A stretch of DNA of 64,000 nucleotides. It comes from an uncultured delta proteobacterium. Lineage in GTDB: Bacteria; Desulfobacterota; Binatia; UBA9968. Shown in pieces: positions 1-10,420 of the stretch. The notes under the pieces are model-generated. The model did not search any database. It saw only the letters and a program-made list of their open reading frames with translations, and was not told where the DNA came from. The DNA is taken from NCBI GenBank assembly GCA_963745835.1, contig CAVUZH010000016.1:416001-480000 (forward strand). Reading direction: 5' to 3'. The position numbers and the translations under genes are program-made. Positions within the stretch are counted from its first letter, which is position 1, and each line of letters opens with the position of its first letter.

Positions 1-211
1 GAGATATACATACGGACCAGAGAGGTAAAAGTCGTTAGGACAGATTCTTGAGACTTCTTCGGAAAGCGTTCCCTTAGAATAACTGCTGTAGGTCCATCGG
101 GCCAAACAAGGCGAATAGATGCCGCCGGACCAATTCCATACGATCCTCAAAGAATCTCGCGGTTTCCCTATCACAATTGCATATTCCGCAAAGAATTTTT
201 CGAACCGTTCA

Positions 212-1507
212 TTATTCGATTTGGTTGTCTGTGCCATACCGAGTATAAACGTCCTGCCATCGTTTCAGATCAAGGATAAAGGCTGTCAGAATGATCAAAC
301 TCACTGCGATGTATAGAGCTCTGAATTTCGAATTGGACGAGCCTAGTAGCCTATGCACTAAAGCAAGGAGGAGAGGCAAAATGGCTGCTAAAGCCAGGAG
401 GTAGGTCGCACTATAATGCTTTAAAATAAGCACCATTGTCACTATGAGTTGCACGGTTAGCCCAACAACTAGAGCCTTTATGACGGGACCACAGTCGTAG
501 TCACGCCGGCGTAACAACAACGCCACACCTATCATTGAAAGCACCAAAACGATGGCAATACATAACGGTGAGTTGTCAGCCCACATTCGCAATAAGTTCG
601 CTTGAATCTGGGCAGTGGAGACGATTCCTGGGTCCCCTCTACCGTAAAGCCCCTGATGAAATAAGATTCCGTTGATCCAGGTTATAAACTCCGTTTTGCA
701 AGTCGGAGTCGTAAATGGAACCGTGGATGCCACGAAGCCTAGCAATGAGGCCACTCCTATATAGCAGCAACGCAATATTATTTGGTTCCAGGAATGCCTT
801 TGAATCAGAGACAGAGTTGTCACAGTAACGAGCAAGCCGATCACCCAGGTCACAAAATAGACTTGCGCCGCAGTGAGCACTCCTGCGGCAAAGCCTATAG
901 CCGCGATTCGCCACCACACGGTTCGTTCAGAGAACAGCGCAACAAACAGCGCCAGCAACAATAGCGTCCCGCCTGGCAAATTTAGCGAATTATGATCCCA
1001 GAGAATAACCGATCGGAATCCCAAGAAAGGTGCCACTACGTAAAAGCACAAGGCCACCGCTACTGCGAAGAGAGCATCGACCCAGTGTTTAACTTGGACC
1101 GCGTGTTTGATCAAAAGGATGCCAGTAACTATATGCGCGATCGTTAACAGTCCGCGCGCGATGCTCATGAAAAGCTCGGGATTCTGCAGGTGATACAGCA
1201 AAAACTCGTTCTTAGCTCCCAAAAAGGGATAGGTGAGCGCGAACACAAAGGAACCGACCAAGGCCACGGGAGTGCCAGGGTGTTGGCAGAAATCGTACAG
1301 TTCTCCCTTAAAAAGCCCCAACGAATCAATCATGTAGGCCATTTCCGGATCATGGTAAAAATGATACGGCGACGGATGAATGTAGTGGACGAAAAGCCAC
1401 ACGTAAGCGAGTGCACAAGCAATTCCGAGGATGCCAATGTTTTGAATCCTTTCGGCAGCCTTAGTTTTCGAACTGCTGATGGGATTACTAAACGAGACGT
1501 GATCCAT
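212..1507 (-). CDS. Polytopic membrane protein, probable GT-C (ArnT/PMT-like) glycosyltransferase; C-terminus probably continues past the window start after a frameshift
   Basis: About 11 hydrophobic segments; acidic 'YHDPE' after TM1 and 'HPG' motif as in GT-C enzymes. An alternate frame from ~237 (MAQTTKSNNERFEKFFAEY...) stays open to position 1. Confidence 0.6.
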   Translation of the reverse strand: MDHVSFSNPISSSKTKAAERIQNIGILGIACALAYVWLFVHYIHPSPYHFYHDPEMAYMIDSLGLFKGELYDFCQHPGTPVALVGSFVFALTYPFLGAKNEFLLYHLQNPELFMSIARGLLTIAHIVTGILLIKHAVQVKHWVDALFAVAVALCFYVVAPFLGFRSVILWDHNSLNLPGGTLLLLALFVALFSERTVWWRIAAIGFAAGVLTAAQVYFVTWVIGLLVTVTTLSLIQRHSWNQIILRCCYIGVASLLGFVASTVPFTTPTCKTEFITWINGILFHQGLYGRGDPGIVSTAQIQANLLRMWADNSPLCIAIVLVLSMIGVALLLRRRDYDCGPVIKALVVGLTVQLIVTMVLILKHYSATYLLALAAILPLLLALVHRLLGSSNSKFRALYIAVSLIILTAFILDLKRWQDVYTRYGTDNQIE

Positions 1508-1523
1508 TGGTCGAGAAGGTAGT

Positions 1524-2291
1524 TTACTGACGGATCAACAGGATCTGAGCAAACATTGCCAGATTATTTATTGCAGGCTGTAGCAGGTTTTCCAGACCGC
1601 GCCATAACCTAAAGCTCCAGCCTGGCATTAGGCTACGCAACGAAACGCCACCTGACACGAGGTAGCAGAAGGGCATCATTGGCTCAATTGCATGAATTCG
1701 CCACATGGGAAACTCACGCTCGAACTGTAGCCGATCTCTGGCAAAGACAATATGTGGCAACGCTCCATTGGCGCCGGATAATGGGCCACTGTTTGGAAAT
1801 TCCCACTGCTTTGCTTGTGGCTGAAATGGTTCATGATGCAGCCGCGTGTAAACAAGCCGCGACCAAACTGTAACCCAAGGCTCGATCATCAAAACGACAC
1901 CACCCGGACGGACACAGCGAGCCGCCTCTGTGAAAAAGCGGCGGGGTTTCGATATATGATGGAACACGTCGATCATAACAATTGCTTGCAAAGCACGGTC
2001 GGCAAATGGCAACTCTGTACCATTCAAGACAAGATCAATTCCGCGACAGTGAAAAACCTCGGACGTAATTAGGTCAGGTACGAAATCCTTCAGAAAGCCG
2101 GCCCCTGATCCTAACTCCAACACCGGCCCCTCTTTGGTTGAGAGCTTACTAGCTATCCCTGCATACCATTCATGATAGATCTGCCGTAGAAAGTTTTTTT
2201 CTCGAATAATCTGCCGTCTTAACTCTGTCGTATTTGGGTCGTCGATGTCCAACCCTCTCGTGAGAGGATGGGCGAGCAAGAACCTGATCAT
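1524..2291 (-). CDS. Class I SAM-dependent methyltransferase
   Basis: VLELGSGAG motif I; DVFHH and LMIEP motifs. Confidence 0.85.
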   Translation of the reverse strand: MIRFLLAHPLTRGLDIDDPNTTELRRQIIREKNFLRQIYHEWYAGIASKLSTKEGPVLELGSGAGFLKDFVPDLITSEVFHCRGIDLVLNGTELPFADRALQAIVMIDVFHHISKPRRFFTEAARCVRPGGVVLMIEPWVTVWSRLVYTRLHHEPFQPQAKQWEFPNSGPLSGANGALPHIVFARDRLQFEREFPMWRIHAIEPMMPFCYLVSGGVSLRSLMPGWSFRLWRGLENLLQPAINNLAMFAQILLIRQ

Positions 2292-2306
2292 CAGTTCACT
2301 AGCAAC

Positions 2307-3806
2307 TCAGACGAATTTGATTCGCCCAGCAGCAAACCGAACCATTTTCAAAAGGAGCCAAGCATGCTTCCAGCGCTGGATATTGGTCGTGCCATAGGTA
2401 CGCTCTCGGTAGCGAATTGGCATGTCGGCGATTTTAAGATTGAGTTTGGCCGCGCCAAACAAAAGGTCGAAGTCACCAAATGGATCAAAATCGCCGAAAT
2501 AAGCGCGGTTAGCCTTAATCAACTCATAATCCTTTTTCCAAAACACTTTCGTGCCGCATAGAGTGTCTTTAATGGATTGGCTGAGCAGCCAGGAAAATGC
2601 GAGGCTAAAAAACTTGTTCCCAATAAGATTAATGAAACGCATTGCCTGATCTTCCATTGGATATACCAGACGAACGCCGTTCACGAATTCTGCTTTACCG
2701 GATACGAGCAAGTCGTAAAACCGTGGCAAATCTTCAGGAGGAACCGTCAGGTCAGCGTCAAGAATCATTAAGATATCGCCGTCGGCCTGATCAAAGCCTA
2801 ATCTGACTGCATCACCTTTTCCTTCGCCTTCTTGTTTCATCAGTCTGCAGGACCGATCAGGATATTTTACCATTGCTCGTTCTATCGCTGCATAAGTATC
2901 ATCTCTGGAATGTCCCTCAACAAACACAAGTTCCGTGTTCGCACCTAGAGCCGGTGTCCGAACGAAAATACGCTCAATGTTACCGCTTTCATTCCGCGCT
3001 GGAACAACTATGGAGACGCGTGGCTGTTCACGAGCAGTTTTAGTTGCCGCTGAATTCATGGGCCGAGCAATGACAAAATTAGTCGTCGCCAACATAGAGA
3101 TTGGCCATACTTTGACCAAAAATCGATTGGCGAAATTAGCGGCCAGCGGCAAAGGAAGAGGGCACAAGATCTCCTGCGTATGTTTGATGACTTCGAAATC
3201 CGCCAAGCTGAGCAAGTTGGCAAGATCTTCGACGGTGAGCCAGTTTTGTTCTAGGGTTGGTTTGCTCAACCGCAATCGTTGCGACAATGCAAGCAACGGT
3301 TGCCAAACGTAACTATATGTATTTAGGATTAGGCGCGTGCGATGGTGACTGAGCGCCCGCAGTTGTTTAAAGGCTGCTTGAACATCCCACAAATCATTGA
3401 CCAAATCCGAAAGTACAATAACGTCGAATTGACCATCAAAAACGAGTTCGTGTGCATCAGCTTCTATAAAGTGCAGCTGCGGGTATTTCTCTCTCGCCTG
3501 TCTAATCATCCCTCTTGAAAAATCTACGCCGACGCCGAAACATGGGTTCAATGCGGCCAATAGGTCGCCCGTGCCACAGCCGACTTCCAGCACTCGCGTT
3601 CCGGGTGAGATCATAAGTGAATAATAGTGAGCGAGTTGCTTTTGGTAAAAGGCTCCCGAGCCGTTCCAACCGTCAGCAATGCTTCGAGCCACCTGATCCC
3701 AGTGAGCCATTCGAGCACTCTGGTAACCAAGCGCGCTCATGTCCACGTGCTCGACAACTGGAGCGAGATCTCGCGTTTTTTGATCCGCGTGAACCACATC
3801 TAGCAT
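2307..3806 (-). CDS. Methyltransferase / GT2 (polyprenyl-phosphate glycosyltransferase-like) fusion
   Basis: N-terminal VLEVGCGTG; C-terminal SIVVPARNE, GKGDAV, ILDADL, DTLCG. Confidence 0.9.
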   Translation of the reverse strand: MLDVVHADQKTRDLAPVVEHVDMSALGYQSARMAHWDQVARSIADGWNGSGAFYQKQLAHYYSLMISPGTRVLEVGCGTGDLLAALNPCFGVGVDFSRGMIRQAREKYPQLHFIEADAHELVFDGQFDVIVLSDLVNDLWDVQAAFKQLRALSHHRTRLILNTYSYVWQPLLALSQRLRLSKPTLEQNWLTVEDLANLLSLADFEVIKHTQEILCPLPLPLAANFANRFLVKVWPISMLATTNFVIARPMNSAATKTAREQPRVSIVVPARNESGNIERIFVRTPALGANTELVFVEGHSRDDTYAAIERAMVKYPDRSCRLMKQEGEGKGDAVRLGFDQADGDILMILDADLTVPPEDLPRFYDLLVSGKAEFVNGVRLVYPMEDQAMRFINLIGNKFFSLAFSWLLSQSIKDTLCGTKVFWKKDYELIKANRAYFGDFDPFGDFDLLFGAAKLNLKIADMPIRYRERTYGTTNIQRWKHAWLLLKMVRFAAGRIKFV

Positions 3807-4025
3807 AGTAGACGCTCCTTAATGATAGCAGCAGTTACTTGAATGGACCCGTGGTGTCGCCTAGAGCAAGGCAAATGGCGCTAGCAGTAGCACAGGCCCA
3901 GAATAAAGAACTAAACGAATGCAATTCTATTCGAACAGTAGCATGGCACTGGACTCAGTTATCCTCTACCATCGAAACTCAAGTTTCGTTGAACTGCAAG
4001 CAAGTTTCATGAAGCCAACGACCTA

Positions 4026-4814
4026 TTAAGTCCAAAAAAATTTTTCCCGCAGGAATTGAAAATAGTACGCTCCACCCCATTGTATGACTCGAAGCTTTCT
4101 TTGGCCGCCTATCCGTGGTGGTTCGTCGGCCGGTATCTCGCCGACCTTCAGTCTTCGTTTAGCCGCCCTCACCGACATTAGAGGCTCCCAACTGATCGTG
4201 GTGTGGAAAAGCTTCTCAGCGGCGGAGTAGGCTTCATCGGTATGCAACTCGAGATCGTAGATCAATTGAGTTTTGTAAGCGCGGAAGATCACCATTGAAT
4301 CGGTATAGCACCCGCCATGCAGGACGTTGATAGTTTTAGTGAACAGCCAGTTGCCGAATGCTGTAATCACGTCATCATCATCGCTCTTAGCTCCGTCCAG
4401 ATAACGGGAGCCAATCACCATGTCGTATCCTTCTTTCATTTTCTCGGTCAATGCAGGAATTCGCTCCGGAACCGAGTTGCCGTCGGGGCTGAAGGTAACG
4501 ATCACGTCTCCTTCAATGTACGGCAATACTTCAGTATAAGCGTGGCGAAATCCGCGTCTTTTCTGGACGTACACGAAGTATCCCTGTTCTTTAGCATACT
4601 CGATAGTTCCATCGGTCGAGCCGCCGTCTAAAATGATGATCTGGTGATACCATTCTTTTTTCACCCGCGGCATGATCGCCTTCATCCCGTCGATTTCGTT
4701 TAACGTCAGAACTAAAAGTGTGACTTTCCCAATCGGGAATCCAGCGGCGTGTGTCAGTTCTTCTGCCCGACGATCGCTATAGGGGTGAAGGATTGTAGAT
4801 CCATCGGTGCTCAT
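4026..4814 (-). CDS. GT2 glycosyltransferase (DPM synthase-like)
   Basis: LNEIDG, ILDGGSTDGT, FSPDG, DMVIGSRY; start uncertain (ATG 4814 or TTG 4838). Confidence 0.85.
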   Translation of the reverse strand: MSTDGSTILHPYSDRRAEELTHAAGFPIGKVTLLVLTLNEIDGMKAIMPRVKKEWYHQIIILDGGSTDGTIEYAKEQGYFVYVQKRRGFRHAYTEVLPYIEGDVIVTFSPDGNSVPERIPALTEKMKEGYDMVIGSRYLDGAKSDDDDVITAFGNWLFTKTINVLHGGCYTDSMVIFRAYKTQLIYDLELHTDEAYSAAEKLFHTTISWEPLMSVRAAKRRLKVGEIPADEPPRIGGQRKLRVIQWGGAYYFQFLREKFFWT

Positions 4815-5009
4815 AGAGTTCACATGATTGCGGTTCAAAGTACGTCAGCTCCAGCTTGTGAAAGACCCTATTTTCTTAACTTGATGTGGCCTAAACTTCC
4901 AGCCCCCTCGTGACCCTATCAAAGTATTTCGGTCTATAGAAATGGACGGCAAAAATCATCGCCAAACATACACCACCCTAAGGTTCCCACCGCGACGTGA
5001 TTCATGCCT

Positions 5010-5726
5010 CTAAAGCGAATAGCCAGCCTTCACTGCATCCTCACGAAACATCTTCACCGTGTCTAATGAGTATTCTTTTAGATCCTTTCCCACTAAGCCT
5101 AGCTTACCGAGGATGTCATTAGTAGCAGTGATGATGTGACAGCCGACCGTGTGAGCTTGGAAAATATTCAGCAGCTCCCGTGGACTAGCCCAAATCAGTT
5201 CAATGTTCGGATACGGCCGCAACAGTTCTACCGCTGCTGCCATGAGCGGCATAGGATCGCGACCCGAATCAGCAATGCGTCCGGCGAAGACCGATATACA
5301 GCTCGCCGGGCCCTGTGCAAGCGCTGCACTGGTCTCTCGAACCTGGTCGAGCGTCATCAGCGCGGTCACGTTGACCTTTATGCCTATCCTCGCCAGACGG
5401 CGGATCAATTCGGTAGAAGATTGTCCGAGCGTGTTGGTCACTGGTATTTTTACATATACGTTGTCGCCCCATTCGGCAATTTGACAAGCTTGGCGCTGCA
5501 TCTCTTCGAAATCGTCGGAAAACACCTCAAACGAGATAAGTTTATCGGGAATTGCACGGAGTATATCGCGCGCGAAGGCGCGATAATCCGTTATACCCGC
5601 CTTGCGCATCAAAGTCGGATTGGTCGTAAAACCTTTGATTAAATCGTTACGATACATTTCAAGCATTCCAGCTTTGTCCGCACCATCCGCAAATATTTTC
5701 ACTCGCAACTCAGCCAAAGCTGTCAT
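5010..5726 (-). CDS. tal: Transaldolase (short type; LmbR-like context)
   Basis: KIFADGAD, GFTTNPTL, Schiff-base VYVKIP, SVFAGRIAD, WASPRE. Confidence 0.92.
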   Translation of the reverse strand: MTALAELRVKIFADGADKAGMLEMYRNDLIKGFTTNPTLMRKAGITDYRAFARDILRAIPDKLISFEVFSDDFEEMQRQACQIAEWGDNVYVKIPVTNTLGQSSTELIRRLARIGIKVNVTALMTLDQVRETSAALAQGPASCISVFAGRIADSGRDPMPLMAAAVELLRPYPNIELIWASPRELLNIFQAHTVGCHIITATNDILGKLGLVGKDLKEYSLDTVKMFREDAVKAGYSL

Positions 5727-6256
5727 TTGGAAGCCTCCTCCAGAATGATGGCCGCAGCGGTCGTGAGATCACTGACTACCCAATCTGCCTGACAACGTTC
5801 ACTACTGCTATAGCTGCGTTCGATGAGAATCGTGGAACACCCGCAGGCGTGACCGGCCTCCACATCACTCCAACGATCCCCGATCATAAAACTCTCGTCG
5901 AGATTAAGATGCCAGTGAACCGCCGCCTGAAGTAAAAGTCCAGGTTTCGGCTTCCGACAATCGCAATTATCATTATTATCGTGATAGCAGGTTAAAACTT
6001 CTTCCACGGGCAATTCACTTCGGACTCGGTCGTTAAGCGTCTCAACGCACTGGCGCGTCTGGGTTCCACGGGCGACATCAGGCTGATTGGTAACAACAAT
6101 CAACACATAACCGGCTGCGCGTAGTGCTTGACAGGCCTGCGCAACCCCAGGCAGAAACCTGAACTCTTCGAGGCTTAGTGGCGGGTGCGGCGTGCTCTCC
6201 CGGACAAAGACGGCATTGATAACCCCGTCTCGATCCAGGAACACGGCCCTATTCAT
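5723..6256 (-). CDS. gmhB: Heptose/octose bisphosphate phosphatase (HAD, GmhB-like)
   Basis: FLDRDGVIN, VVTNQPD, CYH...CDCRKPKPG, IGDRWSD; ATG 6256 overlaps the upstream TGA. Confidence 0.9.
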   Translation of the reverse strand: MNRAVFLDRDGVINAVFVRESTPHPPLSLEEFRFLPGVAQACQALRAAGYVLIVVTNQPDVARGTQTRQCVETLNDRVRSELPVEEVLTCYHDNNDNCDCRKPKPGLLLQAAVHWHLNLDESFMIGDRWSDVEAGHACGCSTILIERSYSSSERCQADWVVSDLTTAAAIILEEASK

Positions 6257-6849
6257 CCTATTGATTCCCATTTGGTTTGCGATGCTTTTAGAAGCGGGTG
6301 CGAAACCATGAGATGCCATATAATCGATTGGAAGGCTTCGGTATGCGGTGTGACGTTCTGTGAATTGACCGTCGGTACAATCAAGCAGGCATCAGCCACT
6401 TGAGCTGTATAACCACCGTCGCGACCCACCACACCAATAATGCGCGCCCCCACTTTCCGCGAATACTCGAGAGCCTTCACCAAATTGGGGCTGATATTTT
6501 TCTCTAGGCTGCCTCCCCCGACTGAAAATACGAAAACCAAGTCATCCTTTCCGAGATGGCTTACCGCCAACCAGCCTTCGAAAACGCCAGCCCAACCTTC
6601 ATCATTGATGCGGGCGGTTAACTCGGATACGTTATCTGTCGGTGCATAGGCTTCAATCCCGACTATTTTGCGAAAATCGTTGACAGCATGAGACGCGTTG
6701 CCCGCACTTCCCCCCAACCCTAAAATGAATAATCGACCGCCCCTTGAACGCGTACTTTTCACCAACTCGACCATGCGCTCCACCGCGTCTCCATCTAATT
6801 GCTCAATGATTTTCTTAGCCTCAGAAAGAAACTCTGCGATGAAAGTCAT
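6253..6849 (-). CDS. gmhA: SIS-domain phosphosugar isomerase (GmhA/LmbN-like)
   Basis: GLGGSAGNASHAVND, TARIND, FSVGGG, HTEAFQ. Confidence 0.88.
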   Translation of the reverse strand: MTFIAEFLSEAKKIIEQLDGDAVERMVELVKSTRSRGGRLFILGLGGSAGNASHAVNDFRKIVGIEAYAPTDNVSELTARINDEGWAGVFEGWLAVSHLGKDDLVFVFSVGGGSLEKNISPNLVKALEYSRKVGARIIGVVGRDGGYTAQVADACLIVPTVNSQNVTPHTEAFQSIIWHLMVSHPLLKASQTKWESIG

Positions 6850-6862
6850 ACGACCTCATATC

Positions 6863-7591
6863 CTAACGGACTCTGTCAGAACGTGAACGCAGATGGCGGC
6901 GCATTTCCTCGATCCCCTCAAAGGATCCGATCTCGTAAAAGCGGTGACGGACCTCAAGAGCAGCTAACTCGCGACTTGCCAACAACTCCTGATATACAGC
7001 TGCCAAGTCATAGGCTTGATTGTCCGGAATCTTTTCAAATGCAGACCTCCTAAAGACTCCTAAGCCATAGTCGATATGACGCATGGCTGAGGTCTGCCGT
7101 TGTTTGTCGTAGACGCAAAGAGCGCCATCCTTGTATTCAACATTACTTCTGTCCCAAAATCCGTCGTTTCTGTAGACCGTCATCAAAGCCGGTTTGCCGC
7201 TTGCCTCGAAAACCGACTGTACTTCGCGGTAGTCACAGTCCAGATATGAATCGCCGTACAAAACGAAGAAGGTGTCTCCCAACAAGGGCAATGCCTTTTT
7301 AATCGCCCCCGCGGTGCCGAGTAGGTTCGGTCCATCAAACGAGTACTGAATTTCGAGCTTAAACTCTTCCCCGCCACCGATTTTTTCGCGAATCATTTCA
7401 CCTAGATGCCCGACGCAGATGATGACCTTCTCAATCCCATGAGCACGTAATAAACGTAAATCGTGAGCTAGGAAGGGTTCTCCATCGATATCAATCAACG
7501 CCTTTGGAACAGTCTCAGTTAATGGTTGCAATCGTGTCGCCAAACCACCCGCGAGAACCGCAACTGGAAACATCCTCTGACTCACAATCAC
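6863..7591 (-). CDS. Sugar-1-phosphate nucleotidyltransferase (HddC/LmbO-like)
   Basis: LAGGLATRL...PKAL, LGTAGA, LYGDSY. Confidence 0.88.
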   Translation of the reverse strand: MIVSQRMFPVAVLAGGLATRLQPLTETVPKALIDIDGEPFLAHDLRLLRAHGIEKVIICVGHLGEMIREKIGGGEEFKLEIQYSFDGPNLLGTAGAIKKALPLLGDTFFVLYGDSYLDCDYREVQSVFEASGKPALMTVYRNDGFWDRSNVEYKDGALCVYDKQRQTSAMRHIDYGLGVFRRSAFEKIPDNQAYDLAAVYQELLASRELAALEVRHRFYEIGSFEGIEEMRRHLRSRSDRVR

Positions 7592-8565
7592 GCGATCACT
7601 TTTGTACCTTCAAAATCGAAACGGAAACGGACTTCTTCCAATCCCGCGCCTCTCATCGCTCGCCTTAAGGCCATTTTGTCTTCAGCATAAAACATCAAAA
7701 ACCCGCCTCCCCCAGCGCCGATCAATTTCCCACCCATCGCCCCATTCTCTCGGGCTACTTCATACCAATGATCAATTTGGTTATTAGTCATAACGCCGGA
7801 ACGCTTCTTCTTATGCTCCCAATGCACATTCATCAACTCCGCAAATTTTCTCAGATCTCCTCCCTCCAATGCTTCTTTGCTCTCTCGACCGATTTCTTTT
7901 ACAAAATGAAGGTTAGTGATCATCTCCTTATCGTTTTGCCTGCTTTTCACGTCCTGCTCTCTGAGAATTTCAGATGCAGATCTTGAGTAACCTGTAAAAA
8001 ATAGCAATAAATTTTCCTCAAGGTTGTACAGTGTATCTGTATCGATCTCCAGCGGAGAAGCTTCGACCTGACCGTTTGGCAAAAAACGAAAAAAAGTGAC
8101 ACCTCCGTATGCAGCGATATACTGATCCTGTTTTCCGATTGGTTCTTTCAAAACATCCATCTCGACGTAGCAGGCCTGCTGCGCCAGATCCTCCGGATGA
8201 ATAAGATTTTTTTTAAGAGTGTGCAGAGCCTTTAGCAAAGCTGTAGTGAAGCTGCCGGAGGAACCCAGACCCGTACCGGCCGGGATATCGGCCATACTCG
8301 TGATCTCTAGATAAGGCGCCTCTACTTTCGTTAATCTCAGGGTTTCCCGGATGAGAGGATGTTGTACTTCGTCTACTGATTTAACTCGCTCCATCTTTGA
8401 GTATTTAATGATCAGTTCTTCGACAAAGGTTTGATGGAGCGTGATATAAACGTGCTTGTCAATTGCCGCTGCAAGCACGAAACCGCTATGCTCGCGGTAA
8501 TAGGAGGGTAAGTCAGTTCCTCCGCCACCCAAAGAGACGCGCAAAGGGCTGCGAGTAATAATCAT
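7588..8565 (-). CDS. GHMP sugar-phosphate kinase (HddA/LmbP-like)
   Basis: PLRVSLGGGGTD, PAGTGLGSS, GKQDQY, GAGGGGF. Confidence 0.9.
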   Translation of the reverse strand: MIITRSPLRVSLGGGGTDLPSYYREHSGFVLAAAIDKHVYITLHQTFVEELIIKYSKMERVKSVDEVQHPLIRETLRLTKVEAPYLEITSMADIPAGTGLGSSGSFTTALLKALHTLKKNLIHPEDLAQQACYVEMDVLKEPIGKQDQYIAAYGGVTFFRFLPNGQVEASPLEIDTDTLYNLEENLLLFFTGYSRSASEILREQDVKSRQNDKEMITNLHFVKEIGRESKEALEGGDLRKFAELMNVHWEHKKKRSGVMTNNQIDHWYEVARENGAMGGKLIGAGGGGFLMFYAEDKMALRRAMRGAGLEEVRFRFDFEGTKVIA

Positions 8566-9539
8566 AGAGCGGAAATTTTATAGATATGTTCGACGACCTG
8601 CAGGGCCGCTCGGGCATCATACAGATCAGCTGAGGGGCGACGTTGTAGCCGAATGTCTTCCAAAAAATCGGCAAACTCATTATTCCACGAGGTGTCCCGC
8701 ATCGGATATTCCCAACTGGTTATCTCCGGCGGTCCCATCTGAGGTAGCATCCGATAGTAGATGAGTCTTTCGACACCGTAACTACCACCCAAGCCTTCTA
8801 TTTGCAGTTTCCCTAAACGGCCAAAGATCTCGAACGAAAAAAGGTTCTTCCATTCTGTGCAACTGGCATGCAGAAAGGCAACCTGCTGCCGGGCACTCCT
8901 TAGAAGCATGAATCCGTTGTCCTCTACCGGCATATCCCAATAAAAAGTCGAAGCAAAGCCCTCGACATTTACAATGTCGCCTAGAAACCAACGTGCAAGG
9001 TCGATCAAGTGGACTCCCTGATCGATGAGTTCACCGCCGCCCGACTGTTCCGGATTGGCTCGCCATTCTTTTTCATAGCCGACGCGCCCGCCATGTCCAT
9101 AACGGCCGCGTATATACATGAGTTCACCAATCGCCCCGGATACGCACAATTCCTTAGCCTTGCAGAGCGCTGGGTGGTAGCGGTGATTAAACCCAACCCG
9201 CACTAATAGATTGAGGCGTTCTGCCATCTCTATTACAGGGTCGAGTTCTGCCACGGAACGCGCTGCCGGCTTCTCAACGAGCACATGCTTCCCCGCGGCG
9301 ATGGCGGCCAACATGATTTTTACGAGCAGATCGTTTGTCGCCGAGACGATGACAACGTCCACATTCTTTCGTTCAAGCACAACTCGCCAATCAGTCGCCG
9401 ACACCGCGCCTGATACCGTTCGCGCAAGCGCTTCCGCTCGCGTCGACAGAACGTCTGCGCACGCTACCAACCGACTGCCAGCGAGCGAAGATGCGCGCTT
9501 TTGTCCAACGCGGCCACAACCGATGATGGCAACGTTCAT
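8562..9539 (-). CDS. Gfo/Idh/MocA oxidoreductase (LmbZ-like context)
   Basis: IIGCGRVG, VLVEKP, VGFNHRY, GGGELIDQGVHLID. Confidence 0.9.
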   Translation of the reverse strand: MNVAIIGCGRVGQKRASSLAGSRLVACADVLSTRAEALARTVSGAVSATDWRVVLERKNVDVVIVSATNDLLVKIMLAAIAAGKHVLVEKPAARSVAELDPVIEMAERLNLLVRVGFNHRYHPALCKAKELCVSGAIGELMYIRGRYGHGGRVGYEKEWRANPEQSGGGELIDQGVHLIDLARWFLGDIVNVEGFASTFYWDMPVEDNGFMLLRSARQQVAFLHASCTEWKNLFSFEIFGRLGKLQIEGLGGSYGVERLIYYRMLPQMGPPEITSWEYPMRDTSWNNEFADFLEDIRLQRRPSADLYDARAALQVVEHIYKISAL

Positions 9540-10411
9540 GTTTTTGTTTTAGACCATTCTAACCCGCGATCTTTAGGAACAATGCGACGAAGTGTATAGA
9601 TGTCCGTTCCGCCGAACTCGGCGACTCGTTGTGCAAAGGTGTCCCAAGGATCCCAAACAGCGCTAATGAGTCTGCCGGTAATGCCGTCACTATCATTAGA
9701 GACTAAGAAAACACATAGCGCAGCACCCTTCTCTAGAGGCGTACCGCCGCGTTTTTTTTGTTCAAGAGCTTGTTCGTAGAAGGCGTTGCCAACCTTCTCT
9801 GGTCCAGCCTCCAAGACTTCATCGAGCAAGCGCGTATTGAGCGGCCCCGGTGCAACGGCATTAACATTAATACCGCAGTCCCGTGTCTCCTCAGCCATAG
9901 TTTCGGTAAGTCGCACCACGGCTGCCTTGGAAGCTGCATAGGCGCTGAAGCGGGGCAAAGGCGCCGTTGCCCCGCCGCCGGAAAGATTAACGATCTTGCC
10001 GTAGTTCTGCTTTCGGAAAACAGGAAGCAGAGCGCGGCAGAGAAGCGCCGTGCCCACCAGATTTATTTCAATAGCTCGTAGCCATTCTTGCAGATCTACT
10101 TCTTCAATAAGACCTTTTGGCCCGTATGCACCGGCATTGTTTATCAAACCATCGATTCGCGGCAGATTCTTCAGAGCGAATTCAACTAAGTTCCTGACAT
10201 CATCGGGCTTTGAAACGTCTGCCGATAGCGCCAACACCTGCTGCCCGGCTCGCGCCCGCAACCCTAATTCCGCTTGTGCTGCGGCTAATAAGAGCGGATC
10301 GCGGGCACAAACGACAATGTTGGCACCCTCCATTAAGCAGGCTTCAGCAATAGCTTTGCCTAAGCCCTGACTAGCACCCGTTATCAATATGCCACGGCGC
10401 TCTAGTTTCAC
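9536..10411 (-). CDS. Short-chain dehydrogenase/reductase
   Basis: TGASQGLG, NNAG, YAASK. Confidence 0.92.
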   Translation of the reverse strand: MKLERRGILITGASQGLGKAIAEACLMEGANIVVCARDPLLLAAAQAELGLRARAGQQVLALSADVSKPDDVRNLVEFALKNLPRIDGLINNAGAYGPKGLIEEVDLQEWLRAIEINLVGTALLCRALLPVFRKQNYGKIVNLSGGGATAPLPRFSAYAASKAAVVRLTETMAEETRDCGINVNAVAPGPLNTRLLDEVLEAGPEKVGNAFYEQALEQKKRGGTPLEKGAALCVFLVSNDSDGITGRLISAVWDPWDTFAQRVAEFGGTDIYTLRRIVPKDRGLEWSKTKT

Positions 10412-10420
10412 GACAGTCCC

